A stretch of 64,000 nucleotides of DNA from Candidatus Eiseniibacteriota bacterium (GTDB lineage Bacteria > Eisenbacteria > RBG-16-71-46 > CAVPCR01), in assembly GCA_963823555.1 (NCBI GenBank), contig CAWGMA010000001.1, positions 1,120,001 through 1,184,000 of the forward strand. The letters are read 5' to 3'. A model generated the notes under the pieces. It ran no database searches, was not told where the DNA came from, and saw only the letters and a list, made by a program, of their open reading frames with translations. The position numbers and the translations under genes were made by a program. Positions 19,431 through 28,064 of this stretch are shown piece after piece (position 1 is the stretch's first letter; every line of letters begins with the position of its first letter).

Positions 19431-20554
19431 GACCGCGGCCCCGTCTTGACATGATCCTCCTCGGGGCGACGGCCTTCCTCCTCGTCTTCGGTCTCATCAT
19501 GGTCTATTCGGCGAGCATCATCTTCGCCACCGATCAAGGCCGCGAAGCCCACTACTTTGTCGAACGGCAGCTGATCCGCGCCCTGGTCGGCATCGTGGCC
19601 ATGGTGGCTGCCTACCGCGTGGGGCCGGATCGCCTTCGTCAGGCAGCACCTCTGGTGCTGCTGATAGGCGGGGTGTTCCTGCTCGCCCTGCTCCTGCCCG
19701 GGGTCCGTGGGGAGAGCGTGCGCGGGACCTTCCGCTGGGTGCAGCTGTTCGGGCTGAACCTGCAGCCTTCGGAACTGGTGAAGCTGGCCCTGATCCTGCA
19801 TCTCTGCCGTCTTCTCGCTCGCCGGGGCGACGAGGTGCGTACTCGTCAGGGTCTTTTCGCTCCCCTGGCGCTACTCTTCTTCTTTGCTGGTCTGGTCGCG
19901 CTGCAACCGAATCTCGGGACCGCGGCGGCGATCGGTATGACCGGGTTCGGATTGCTCTTCATCGCTGGAGCGCGCGGGCGCCATCTGGCCGCGCTCGCCG
20001 GCATCGGCGTCATGGCTGTGGTCGTCCGCCTTCTTCAGGTGCCTTACGAGCGGAAGCGGCTCGTCGACTTCGTCGACTTCATGGTCCATGGCAAGGGTGA
20101 CCGGCTGGATGCCGGGTATCAACTCGACCAGTCCCTCATCGCTCTCGGCTCCGGCGGCTTCATCGGTAGGGGCATCGGAGCAGGATTGCAGAAGTTTCGC
20201 TTCCTCCCCGATTCCCATACTGATTTCATCTACGCCATTATTGGAGAAGAGGGTGGATTTCTTGCGGCGGTCTTGGTATTGGGGGTCTACGCTGTCGTCA
20301 TCTGGCGGGCCCTGTCCATCGCGGCTGCGGCCGAGGATCGGTTTTCGGCTCTTACCGCAGCTGGCATCGGCGTCATGCTCGCCGTCCATGTGCTCTTGAA
20401 CGTGGCGGTCGTGACCGGTCTGGTTCCGACGACTGGTCTGCCGCTCCCGTTCCTGAGCTACGGCGGGTCGTCCTTGGTGGTCAATCTAGCGGCCGTGGGG
20501 ATCCTCTTGCGGTTGGCGGCGGACCGATCTCGGCTCGCCTCCGCCCGCTTCTGA
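19427..20554 (+). CDS. ftsW: SEDS peptidoglycan glycosyltransferase FtsW
   Basis: QPSELVK, LPDSHTDFI, GLPLPFLSYGGSS. Position in the dcw cluster. Confidence 0.95.
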   Translation: MRPRPRLDMILLGATAFLLVFGLIMVYSASIIFATDQGREAHYFVERQLIRALVGIVAMVAAYRVGPDRLRQAAPLVLLIGGVFLLALLLPGVRGESVRGTFRWVQLFGLNLQPSELVKLALILHLCRLLARRGDEVRTRQGLFAPLALLFFFAGLVALQPNLGTAAAIGMTGFGLLFIAGARGRHLAALAGIGVMAVVVRLLQVPYERKRLVDFVDFMVHGKGDRLDAGYQLDQSLIALGSGGFIGRGIGAGLQKFRFLPDSHTDFIYAIIGEEGGFLAAVLVLGVYAVVIWRALSIAAAAEDRFSALTAAGIGVMLAVHVLLNVAVVTGLVPTTGLPLPFLSYGGSSLVVNLAAVGILLRLAADRSRLASARF

Positions 20555-20580
20555 GGGTGCGGCCGTTGTTCTGGCTCGAC

Positions 20581-21738
20581 ATGCGCGTGCTTATCGCCGG
20601 TGGCGGCACCGGAGGCCATCTCTATCCGGGCATCGCGGTTGCCCAGAAGCTCAAGCAGCGGCGATCCGACTGCGACATCCTCTTTGTCGGTACGCGACGG
20701 GGGATCGAGCAGCGGGTACTGCCGCCGCTCGGCTTTGCCTTTCGGCCGATCGCCGCGCGGGCGCTGCCGCGCCGCCCGACGCTCGAAATGGTGCGGGCCC
20801 TGTGGAGCCAGGGGGTGGGCTTCCTGTCGTCGCTCCTGCTCTGTCTGCGTTTCCGGCCGGACGTCGTGGTCGGTACCGGGGCCTATGCTTCTGCGCCGGT
20901 GGTCCTGGCCGGCTGGGTCCTGGGCAAGCCGACGCTCGTTCTCGAACAGAACCGGGTGCCGGGGCGGACGAACCGCCTCCTCTCGCGCTACGTGAACGAG
21001 GTCCACTTGAGCTTCTCCGAGTCCCGGCGCTACTTCCTGCGCAAGGACAACCTGAGGCTCACCGGCAACCCGGTGCGCGATGGCATTGTCCGGCGGGATC
21101 GGGTCCCGGTCGCCGAGAAGTTCGGTCTTTCGCTGGACAAGACCACGCTCTTCGTGTTCGGCGGCAGCCGCGGCGCACGGCGGTTGAATCAGGCGGTGGT
21201 CGATGCCCTGCCGCTGCTCGAGAAGATCCGCAAGCTCCAGCTCATCGTCCAGACGGGCGAGGAGGATCATGCCTGGGTCCAGGCCGAGGTCGCCAAGGCC
21301 AGGGTTCATGCCGTGGTCGAGCCTTACCTCGATGATATCGCCGACGCCTACTGCATGGCCGATCTCGTCCTGTGCCGGGCGGGCGCGACCACCGTGGCCG
21401 AGATCACCACCTGCGGGCTGGCATCCATCCTGGTTCCCTATCCGCATGCGGCCGACGACCATCAGGTCATGAACGCCGAGAAGCTGGTTGCGCTCGGTGC
21501 CGCCGAGATGATTCGAGACGAGGAGATGACCGGGAAACGTCTATCACGGATCGTCCGCCGGCTGGTGATGAGCGAACATCAGCTCCGGCGGATGGCGGTA
21601 CGGGCGCGGCTGATGGCGCGTCCCGACGCGGCGGCCCGCGTCGCCCAGGCGATCGAACGGCTGGCGGGCGCCCCGCCCGCGAACCGAGCGACCGATCGCC
21701 GGCAGGACCGGGGGCCGCGAGCCGGGGCCCGGGTCTGA
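20581..21738 (+). CDS. murG: Lipid II GlcNAc transferase MurG
   Basis: GGGTGGHLYP, EQN, TGNPVR, FGGSRGA, RAGATT. Confidence 0.96.
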   Translation: MRVLIAGGGTGGHLYPGIAVAQKLKQRRSDCDILFVGTRRGIEQRVLPPLGFAFRPIAARALPRRPTLEMVRALWSQGVGFLSSLLLCLRFRPDVVVGTGAYASAPVVLAGWVLGKPTLVLEQNRVPGRTNRLLSRYVNEVHLSFSESRRYFLRKDNLRLTGNPVRDGIVRRDRVPVAEKFGLSLDKTTLFVFGGSRGARRLNQAVVDALPLLEKIRKLQLIVQTGEEDHAWVQAEVAKARVHAVVEPYLDDIADAYCMADLVLCRAGATTVAEITTCGLASILVPYPHAADDHQVMNAEKLVALGAAEMIRDEEMTGKRLSRIVRRLVMSEHQLRRMAVRARLMARPDAAARVAQAIERLAGAPPANRATDRRQDRGPRAGARV

Positions 21739-21836
21739 GGCTTGCTCGGCCGGGCTGGTCGAGCAGGGAAGGTGTGGGGGACGGGATTCACCACGAACCG
21801 ACGGCGGCAAGCGAGAGGGAGGGAGACCAAAAGACG

Positions 21837-23219
21837 ATGTACCGGTCCCGGCGCATCCATCTCATCGGCATCGGGGGAGTCGGCATGTCGGGTATTGCCG
21901 AGGTGCTGCTCACCCTGGGCTATGAGGTCTCGGGCTCCGATCTCAGGGACAGCGCCTTGATCGCCCGTCTGCGCACCCTGGGCGGACGCATTGCCATTGG
22001 CCATGCGGCGGAGAACCTGGGCGACGCCGACGTGGTGGTCGTATCGACCGCGGTTCCGCGCTCGAACCCGGAGCGGGTGGCGGCCGAAGAGCGCGGGTTG
22101 CCGGTGGTCCCGCGCGCCGAGATGCTCGGGGAGCTGATGCGCACCAAGTATGCCGTGGCCGTGGGCGGTGCGCATGGCAAGACGACCACGACCTCGATGA
22201 TCGCCTCGGTACTCACGGTGGGTGGACTCGATCCCACCGTCGTGGTCGGCGGCCGCATTCGCGCCGCGCAATCCGGGGCCCGGCTCGGCGCCGGACCGTA
22301 CCTGGTGGCAGAGGCCGATGAGTCCGATGGCTCCTTCCTGAAGCTACAGCCGACGGTCGCCGTGGTCACCAACATCGACCGCGAGCACATGGATCACTTC
22401 GGCAGCATGGATGCCCTGCGCAGTGCCTTTGCCTCGTTCATCGACCGTGTGCCGTTCTACGGCGCTTCGGTCCTCTGTGTCGACGATCCCGAAGTGCGGG
22501 CGCTCGCCGCCGGAGCCAGTCGTCGCGTCATCACCTATGGAACGGCTCCGGATGCCGAGTTCCGCGCGGTCGAAATCGAGATGAGCGGGCTCGCCGCGCG
22601 CTACGTCGCACTCAAGGAGGGTTCCCTCCTGGGACCGGTGACTCTCGACATGCCGGGGCGACACAACGTGCTCAACAGCCTGGCGGCGGTCGCGGTGGGG
22701 ACCGAGTTCAATCTGCCCTTTGCCGTCGTGCGCGATGGTCTCGCGCAGTGTGGCGGGGTCACGCGCCGGTTTGATATCCGGGGCGAGCAGGCGGGCATCA
22801 CCGTGGTCGACGACTACGGGCACCACCCGACCGAGATCGTAGCCGTTCTCGAGACCGCGCGCACGGTATGGCCGGGCCGACGCCTCGTTGCGGTGTTCCA
22901 GCCTCACCGCTTCACGCGCACGCGGGATCTCATCCAACGCTTCGGCACGGCATTCGCCGGCGCCGGGCATGTGATCCTGGCGCCGATCTACGCCGCTGGC
23001 GAGAAGCCCATCCCCGGAGTCTCCGCGGCCGGGATCGCTTCTGCGGTGGAGGAGGGGGCGCACGTTCCGGTCACCCTGGTCGAGAACCTGGGTCAGGCCG
23101 GTGATGTGCTGGCTCGGCTGGTCAGGCCGGGGGATGTCGTCATCACGCTGGGCGCTGGAGATATCTGGCGCGTGGGAGAGGCGTGGCTCGCCCAGGCGAG
23201 CGAAGGGGCCGAGGTCTAG
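21837..23219 (+). CDS. murC: UDP-MurNAc:L-Ala ligase MurC
   Basis: IGIGGVGMSG, GAHGKTTT, EADESDGSF, DDYGHHPTE, FQPHRFTRT. Confidence 0.96.
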   Translation: MYRSRRIHLIGIGGVGMSGIAEVLLTLGYEVSGSDLRDSALIARLRTLGGRIAIGHAAENLGDADVVVVSTAVPRSNPERVAAEERGLPVVPRAEMLGELMRTKYAVAVGGAHGKTTTTSMIASVLTVGGLDPTVVVGGRIRAAQSGARLGAGPYLVAEADESDGSFLKLQPTVAVVTNIDREHMDHFGSMDALRSAFASFIDRVPFYGASVLCVDDPEVRALAAGASRRVITYGTAPDAEFRAVEIEMSGLAARYVALKEGSLLGPVTLDMPGRHNVLNSLAAVAVGTEFNLPFAVVRDGLAQCGGVTRRFDIRGEQAGITVVDDYGHHPTEIVAVLETARTVWPGRRLVAVFQPHRFTRTRDLIQRFGTAFAGAGHVILAPIYAAGEKPIPGVSAAGIASAVEEGAHVPVTLVENLGQAGDVLARLVRPGDVVITLGAGDIWRVGEAWLAQASEGAEV

Positions 23220-23259
23220 GGCCCAGGTGGAGGCGAACGAATTGCGACAGGTTGAGCCG

Positions 23260-24189
23260 ATGAGCGGGCGATCGATCGCCATACCGGAAGCACTCCGCCA
23301 CATCCCCGATGTGGAGGCGCTGCCGATGGCCCTGCTCGCTCCGCTGACGACCTTTCGTATCGGCGGCCCCGCGGATGTGGTCCTGATTCCCCACACGGTC
23401 TCCAGCCTCGAGGCCGCCGTGGTCGCCGTCCGCCAGCATGAGCTGCCTCTGCTGCCGATCGGAGCAGGCTCGAACCTCCTGGTGAGTGAGGCGGGGTTTC
23501 GCGGTGTGGCGATCAAGATCGGCTCCGGCCTGTCAGCCATCACCGTGGGGGAGGATCGCCTGCGGGCCGACGCCGGCCGGACGCTTCCGGAGCTCATGCG
23601 TCGAGCTCGCCGGGAGGGCCTCTCTGGGCTGGAGTTCGCCGGCGGCATCCCCGGCTCTCTCGGCGGGGCGCTGCGCATGAATGCCGGCGCCTGGCAGCGC
23701 GAGATGTCCGGTATCGCTGATTGGGTCCGCGGCATCAACCTGGCTGGCGAGGTCGTCCGCCTCGATGCGGCGGAGATCCAGTGGGGCTATCGCACGGCCG
23801 TGTTTCCCGAGCCGCTGGTGATCATCGAGGCGGCGTTGCGTCTGGTTCCCGACGATCCGGAGGCCATCGGGGAGCGCGAGGATGGCTGGCACGAGGCGCG
23901 ACGGCGCACTCAGCCGCTGGGCGAGGCCTCGGCGGGGTGTGTCTTCAAGAACCCACCCGGACAGCATGCCAGCCAGCTCATTGAGGCGGCGGGATTGAAG
24001 GGCGAGCGCATCGGCGGCGCAGTCGTGTCTCCGGTTCACGCCAACTTCATCGTCAATACGGGAGGTGCCACTGCCGACCAGGTCGTGCGCCTGGTCGAAC
24101 GGGTGCGCGAACGCGTGCGCAGGGCGCACGGGGTCGAGCTCGATCTCGAAGTGCAGATGATCGGAATCACCGCTGGCGGAGGAGATTGA
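23260..24189 (+). CDS. murB: UDP-GlcNAc-enolpyruvate reductase MurB
   Basis: TTFRIGGPA, GAGSNLL, GIPGSLGG, MNAGA, SAGCVFKNP, HANFIVN. Confidence 0.95.
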   Translation: MSGRSIAIPEALRHIPDVEALPMALLAPLTTFRIGGPADVVLIPHTVSSLEAAVVAVRQHELPLLPIGAGSNLLVSEAGFRGVAIKIGSGLSAITVGEDRLRADAGRTLPELMRRARREGLSGLEFAGGIPGSLGGALRMNAGAWQREMSGIADWVRGINLAGEVVRLDAAEIQWGYRTAVFPEPLVIIEAALRLVPDDPEAIGEREDGWHEARRRTQPLGEASAGCVFKNPPGQHASQLIEAAGLKGERIGGAVVSPVHANFIVNTGGATADQVVRLVERVRERVRRAHGVELDLEVQMIGITAGGGD

Positions 24190-24192
24190 GGC

Positions 24193-25053
24193 GTGTTCAC
24201 GCGATTCAAGGGGAATCCTCGCGCTTCGCGCTTCACTCGAAGAAGATCGATTGGGGCTTTGTCGCATCGCGACTTGCGGCTGCAATACCATGGTCGAGGC
24301 CCACGCCGGGGCTGGCTCCGGAGAATCGCGCTGGCCCTGTGCGGCGCCGCCGTCCTCGGCGGCCTCGCCTTTCTCGCCAACGCCACCGCCGAGCTCGTAA
24401 GCGAGTCGCAGTTCTTCGCGGTCAAGGGCGTGAAGGTCCGGGGTGCCAGCTATCTCGCCGAGGAGACCATCCTCGCCCAGATCGGGGAGGTGCGCGGCGC
24501 GAGCCTCATCGATGTCCATCCGGAGGAGATCGCGGAGCGTCTGGAGATGCACCCGCGAATCCGCCGGGCCAAGGTCAGCCGGGGGTTCGATCGCCGCATC
24601 CAGGTCGTGCTGGAGGAGCGAGAGCCCATTGCCCTGGTCGAGACCGGGGTGCTGGTGGAGGTGGACGTGGAGGGCTTTATCTTGCCTCCCATCGAGCGTG
24701 CCGGCTGGCCGGATCTCCCGGTGCTGACCGGCGCCGCAGGACGGGTGCCGACCCCGGGGACCCAGCTCAAGTCTCCGGCCGTGCGCGATGCGCTCGATTT
24801 CCTGGCCGACCTCTCCCATGTCGATGCGGAGTTCCTGGACATGATCTCGGAGATGGATCTCCGTCAGAGTCCAATCTGCAGCATCCACCTGGTCGGCAGG
24901 CCACAGGTGATCAAGGTGAATATCGGTTCCATCAGCGCGGCCAAGCTTGCTGGGCTGCGCCTGGTGCTGAAGGACCTGGAAGCACGCGGCCGGACGAACG
25001 TCGAAGTGGATCTCCGCTTCGAAGGCCAGCTCGTGGTTCGCGACCTCACGTAA
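24193..25053 (+). CDS. ftsQ: Cell division protein FtsQ/DivIB
   Basis: Basic N-terminus, one TM, POTRA-like region, EREPIA and VDLRF motifs. Directly before ftsA. Confidence 0.88.
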   Translation: MFTRFKGNPRASRFTRRRSIGALSHRDLRLQYHGRGPRRGWLRRIALALCGAAVLGGLAFLANATAELVSESQFFAVKGVKVRGASYLAEETILAQIGEVRGASLIDVHPEEIAERLEMHPRIRRAKVSRGFDRRIQVVLEEREPIALVETGVLVEVDVEGFILPPIERAGWPDLPVLTGAAGRVPTPGTQLKSPAVRDALDFLADLSHVDAEFLDMISEMDLRQSPICSIHLVGRPQVIKVNIGSISAAKLAGLRLVLKDLEARGRTNVEVDLRFEGQLVVRDLT

Positions 25054-25072
25054 TACTTGGAGGGCAGGGCGA

Positions 25073-26299
25073 GTGTTGGATTCGATGATCTTCTGCGGTC
25101 TCGACATCGGAACGACCAAGGCAACGGCGATCATCGCCGATGTCGGCGATCCTGCCGCCATCCAGATCCTGGGAGTGGGCACCGCCCCCTCCGACGGCCT
25201 TCGGCGCGGGGTTGTCGTCGATCTCGAGCGCACGACGGCGGCCGTGAGCCGCGCCATCGAAGCGGCCGAGCGCATGGCGGGATTCCCCGTGCGCCAGGTG
25301 ACGGCCGGTATCGCTGGTGACCACATCCGTTCCCTCAACTCGCGGGGCGTGATCGCCGTGGCCGGGCGCGACCACGAGATCGGCCCCGGGGACGTGCGGC
25401 GGGTGGTGGAGGCGGCGCGGGCCGTTGCCATCCCGGCCGACAGGGAGATAATCCACGTCGTCCCGCAAGAGTTCGTGGTCGACTCTCAGCGGGGCATCAA
25501 GGAACCGGTGGGGATGTGTGGAGTCCGCCTGGAAGCGGAGGTCCACATCATCACGGGTGCCACCGCGGCCGCCCGCAATCTGACCCGGGCCATCGAGAAA
25601 GCCGATCTCCGGGTCGAGGAACTGGTCCTGCAGCCCCTGGCCTCGGCCCGGGCCGTCCTGTCTCCGGATGAGGAGGATCTCGGTGTGGTTCTCCTCGACA
25701 TCGGCGGTGGGACCACCGATATCGCCGTCTTCCATCAGGGCGCCATCCGGCACACGGCGGTGATCGGACTGGGCGGAGCGAACATCACCTCCGATCTGGC
25801 CATCGGGCTCAGAACCCCTCTGGAGCGGGCCGAGAGGCTCAAACTCGAGGCGGGGTGCGCCATGGCAGCGCTCACGCCGGCCGGCGAGATGGTCGCCGTG
25901 CCCGGGGTCGGTGGTCGCGAGGAGACCCCGATCCCGCGACAGACCATGTCCGAGATGATCGAGCCACGAGTCGAGGAGATCCTGACCTTGGCGTATCGGG
26001 AAGTGAAGCGGACGGGGTGCGCTGATTTCCTGGGCTCTGGCGTGGTGGTGACCGGCGGCACGGCGGCGATGCGCGGCGTCATCGAACTTGCCGAAGAGAT
26101 CTTCGCCATGCCGGCGCGCCGGGGCTGCCCGCACCCGATCGGATCGGCTCCGGTCTCGCTCGATCATCCGATGTTCGCGACAGCAGTCGGCCTCGTGAGG
26201 TACGCCGCGGGGCAAGCCTCAGAAAATTGCCGACCGGTTGAATCTTTGGTTGACAAGGTGGGGACAAAACTCAAGAATCTCGTCGCCCAGTTCTATTAG
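25073..26299 (+). CDS. ftsA: Cell division protein FtsA
   Basis: GLDIGTTK, DIGGGTTD, GVVVTGG, ATAVGL. Confidence 0.96.
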   Translation: MLDSMIFCGLDIGTTKATAIIADVGDPAAIQILGVGTAPSDGLRRGVVVDLERTTAAVSRAIEAAERMAGFPVRQVTAGIAGDHIRSLNSRGVIAVAGRDHEIGPGDVRRVVEAARAVAIPADREIIHVVPQEFVVDSQRGIKEPVGMCGVRLEAEVHIITGATAAARNLTRAIEKADLRVEELVLQPLASARAVLSPDEEDLGVVLLDIGGGTTDIAVFHQGAIRHTAVIGLGGANITSDLAIGLRTPLERAERLKLEAGCAMAALTPAGEMVAVPGVGGREETPIPRQTMSEMIEPRVEEILTLAYREVKRTGCADFLGSGVVVTGGTAAMRGVIELAEEIFAMPARRGCPHPIGSAPVSLDHPMFATAVGLVRYAAGQASENCRPVESLVDKVGTKLKNLVAQFY

Positions 26300-26350
26300 G
26301 GCAGCGAATCCGATGGGTTCGCGGCGAGATCAAGCGAGGAGAATGACTCG

Positions 26351-27532
26351 ATGCCTTTCGAGTTTGATGTAGAGCACAAGCGCTTTGCGACCCTCAAGGT
26401 CATTGGCGTGGGCGGTGCTGGAGGCAATGCTGTAAACCGCATGATCTCGTCGAGCCTGACGGGCGTTGACTTCATCGTCGCGAACACCGATGCCCAGGTG
26501 CTTGCCGAGTCGAGTGCTCTCAACAAGGTCCAGATCGGGCGCAATCTGACCAAGGGCCTCGGCGCCGGCGGCGACCCCGAGGTCGGGCGGCGCGCGGCCC
26601 AGGAAGACGCGGATGCCCTGGCCGAGATCCTCGAAGGGGCGGACATGGTCTTCGTCACGGGCGGCATGGGTGGAGGTACCGGCACGGGCGCGGCTCCGGT
26701 CATCGCCGAGATCGCGCGCGAGCAGGGGGCTCTCACGGTGGCCGTGGTGACCAGGCCCTTCACTTTCGAGGGCCGCCGGCGTCGGCAGCAGGCCGAGCAG
26801 GGTCTCGAGGAGCTGCGCGAGAAGGTCGACACGCTGATCACGATTCCCAACGACCGCTTGCTCCAGGTCGTGGCCCGGGAGACTCCGGTCGAGAGGGCCT
26901 TCGAGGTCGCCGATCAAGTACTGCTCGAGGCCACGCGCGGAATCTCTGACCTGATCACGGTTCCGGGGCTCGTCAATCTCGATTTCGCCGACGTCCGCAC
27001 GGTGATGCAGTCGCGCGGCAACGCCCTCATGGGCACTGGCCGCGGCGCGGGCGAGCGGCGGGCCGCGGAGGCGGCGCTGGCAGCGATCTCGAGTCCGCTC
27101 CTGGACGATATCTCGATCACCGGGGCCGAGGCCATCCTCGTCAACGTCACCGGTGGCAAGGATCTCACGCTGTTCGAGGTGAACGAGGCGGCGTCGACCA
27201 TCCTCGAGGCCGCGGGCGAAGACGCCAACGTGATCTTCGGCGCTGTCATCGACCCGGAGAAGGAAGGGGAGGTCACGGTCACCGTCATCGCTACTGGCTT
27301 CGCCATGAACTTCGCCAGGGAAAAGCCGATCGTGATCGAAATGGCTCAGCCCCGGTCGGCGGCGCGAGTCATCGAGCCGGCCTTCCCCGACGACGCGCGC
27401 ATCCTGGAAACGCCGGCGTGGTCGCGCCGCGCGGTGGCTGGATTCAACCGAGCGCAATCGGCTCCGGCTCCAGCGCCCACGTTGAGCGACAATCTCGATG
27501 TGCCGACGTTCATGCGGAAGCACGCCGAGTAG
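26351..27532 (+). CDS. ftsZ: Cell division GTPase FtsZ
   Basis: [17 protein letters not shown] tubulin signature, NLDFAD, C-terminal LDVPTFMRK peptide. Confidence 0.99.
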   Translation: MPFEFDVEHKRFATLKVIGVGGAGGNAVNRMISSSLTGVDFIVANTDAQVLAESSALNKVQIGRNLTKGLGAGGDPEVGRRAAQEDADALAEILEGADMVFVTGGMGGGTGTGAAPVIAEIAREQGALTVAVVTRPFTFEGRRRRQQAEQGLEELREKVDTLITIPNDRLLQVVARETPVERAFEVADQVLLEATRGISDLITVPGLVNLDFADVRTVMQSRGNALMGTGRGAGERRAAEAALAAISSPLLDDISITGAEAILVNVTGGKDLTLFEVNEAASTILEAAGEDANVIFGAVIDPEKEGEVTVTVIATGFAMNFAREKPIVIEMAQPRSAARVIEPAFPDDARILETPAWSRRAVAGFNRAQSAPAPAPTLSDNLDVPTFMRKHAE

Positions 27533-27583
27533 GAGGTCAAGAGCTGCGGTCGCGGCATTCCGAGCCGCCTAGACATTCGGTTT

Positions 27584-27680
27584 GGGCCCGGTCCCTTGAG
27601 GAGGGAGAAGGCGCGGGTTGGACACGGGGCACGTCCCACCCGGCAACGACTCCATCCGAGGGTTCCGGGCCCTTTCCTTT
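27584..27680 (+). terminator. Long imperfect hairpin followed by TTTCCTTT downstream of ftsZ (terminator or processing element)
   Basis: GGGCCCGG/CCGGGCCC closing stem with nested stems CCCTT/GAGGG, GGAG/CTCC, CGGGT/ACCCG, GGAC/GTCC. Confidence 0.5.
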
Positions 27681-27795
27681 GCTACGAGCAGGGGCTAGCA
27701 GGATGGATCGCTTGGCGGTGGGCGGTGCGGACGATGGGCGGGAAGCGTGACGGGGGGCCGAGGCGGTGAGCAGCCGTGAGGGGTGGAGGATTCCC

Positions 27796-27996
27796 CTAGC
27801 TGCGGTGGGGTGCCTTCTGGACTCGGTTGGAGCGCAGACACCGCGTGCAGACCTTGATCCGGGCCACCCGGCCTTCGATATTGGCGCGAACACGCTTGAG
27901 ATTGGGCCGCCAGACCCGGTGCGATACGTTGTGGGCGTGGGAGATCCGGTTTCCCCCCAGCGAGCCCTTGCCGCAGACATCGCAACGAACAGACAT
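27796..27996 (-). CDS. rpmB: 50S ribosomal protein L28 (zinc-binding form)
   Basis: MSVRCDVCGK...GNRISHAHN...WRPNL...VCTRCLRS. AAGGAG RBS. Confidence 0.96.
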   Translation of the reverse strand: MSVRCDVCGKGSLGGNRISHAHNVSHRVWRPNLKRVRANIEGRVARIKVCTRCLRSNRVQKAPHRS

Positions 27997-28064
27997 GCTA
28001 TCTCCTTGAGCGCCCGGTCCCGCGCGGGCGGACTGCCAAGAATGACGAGGGATGGGCCAACCCG

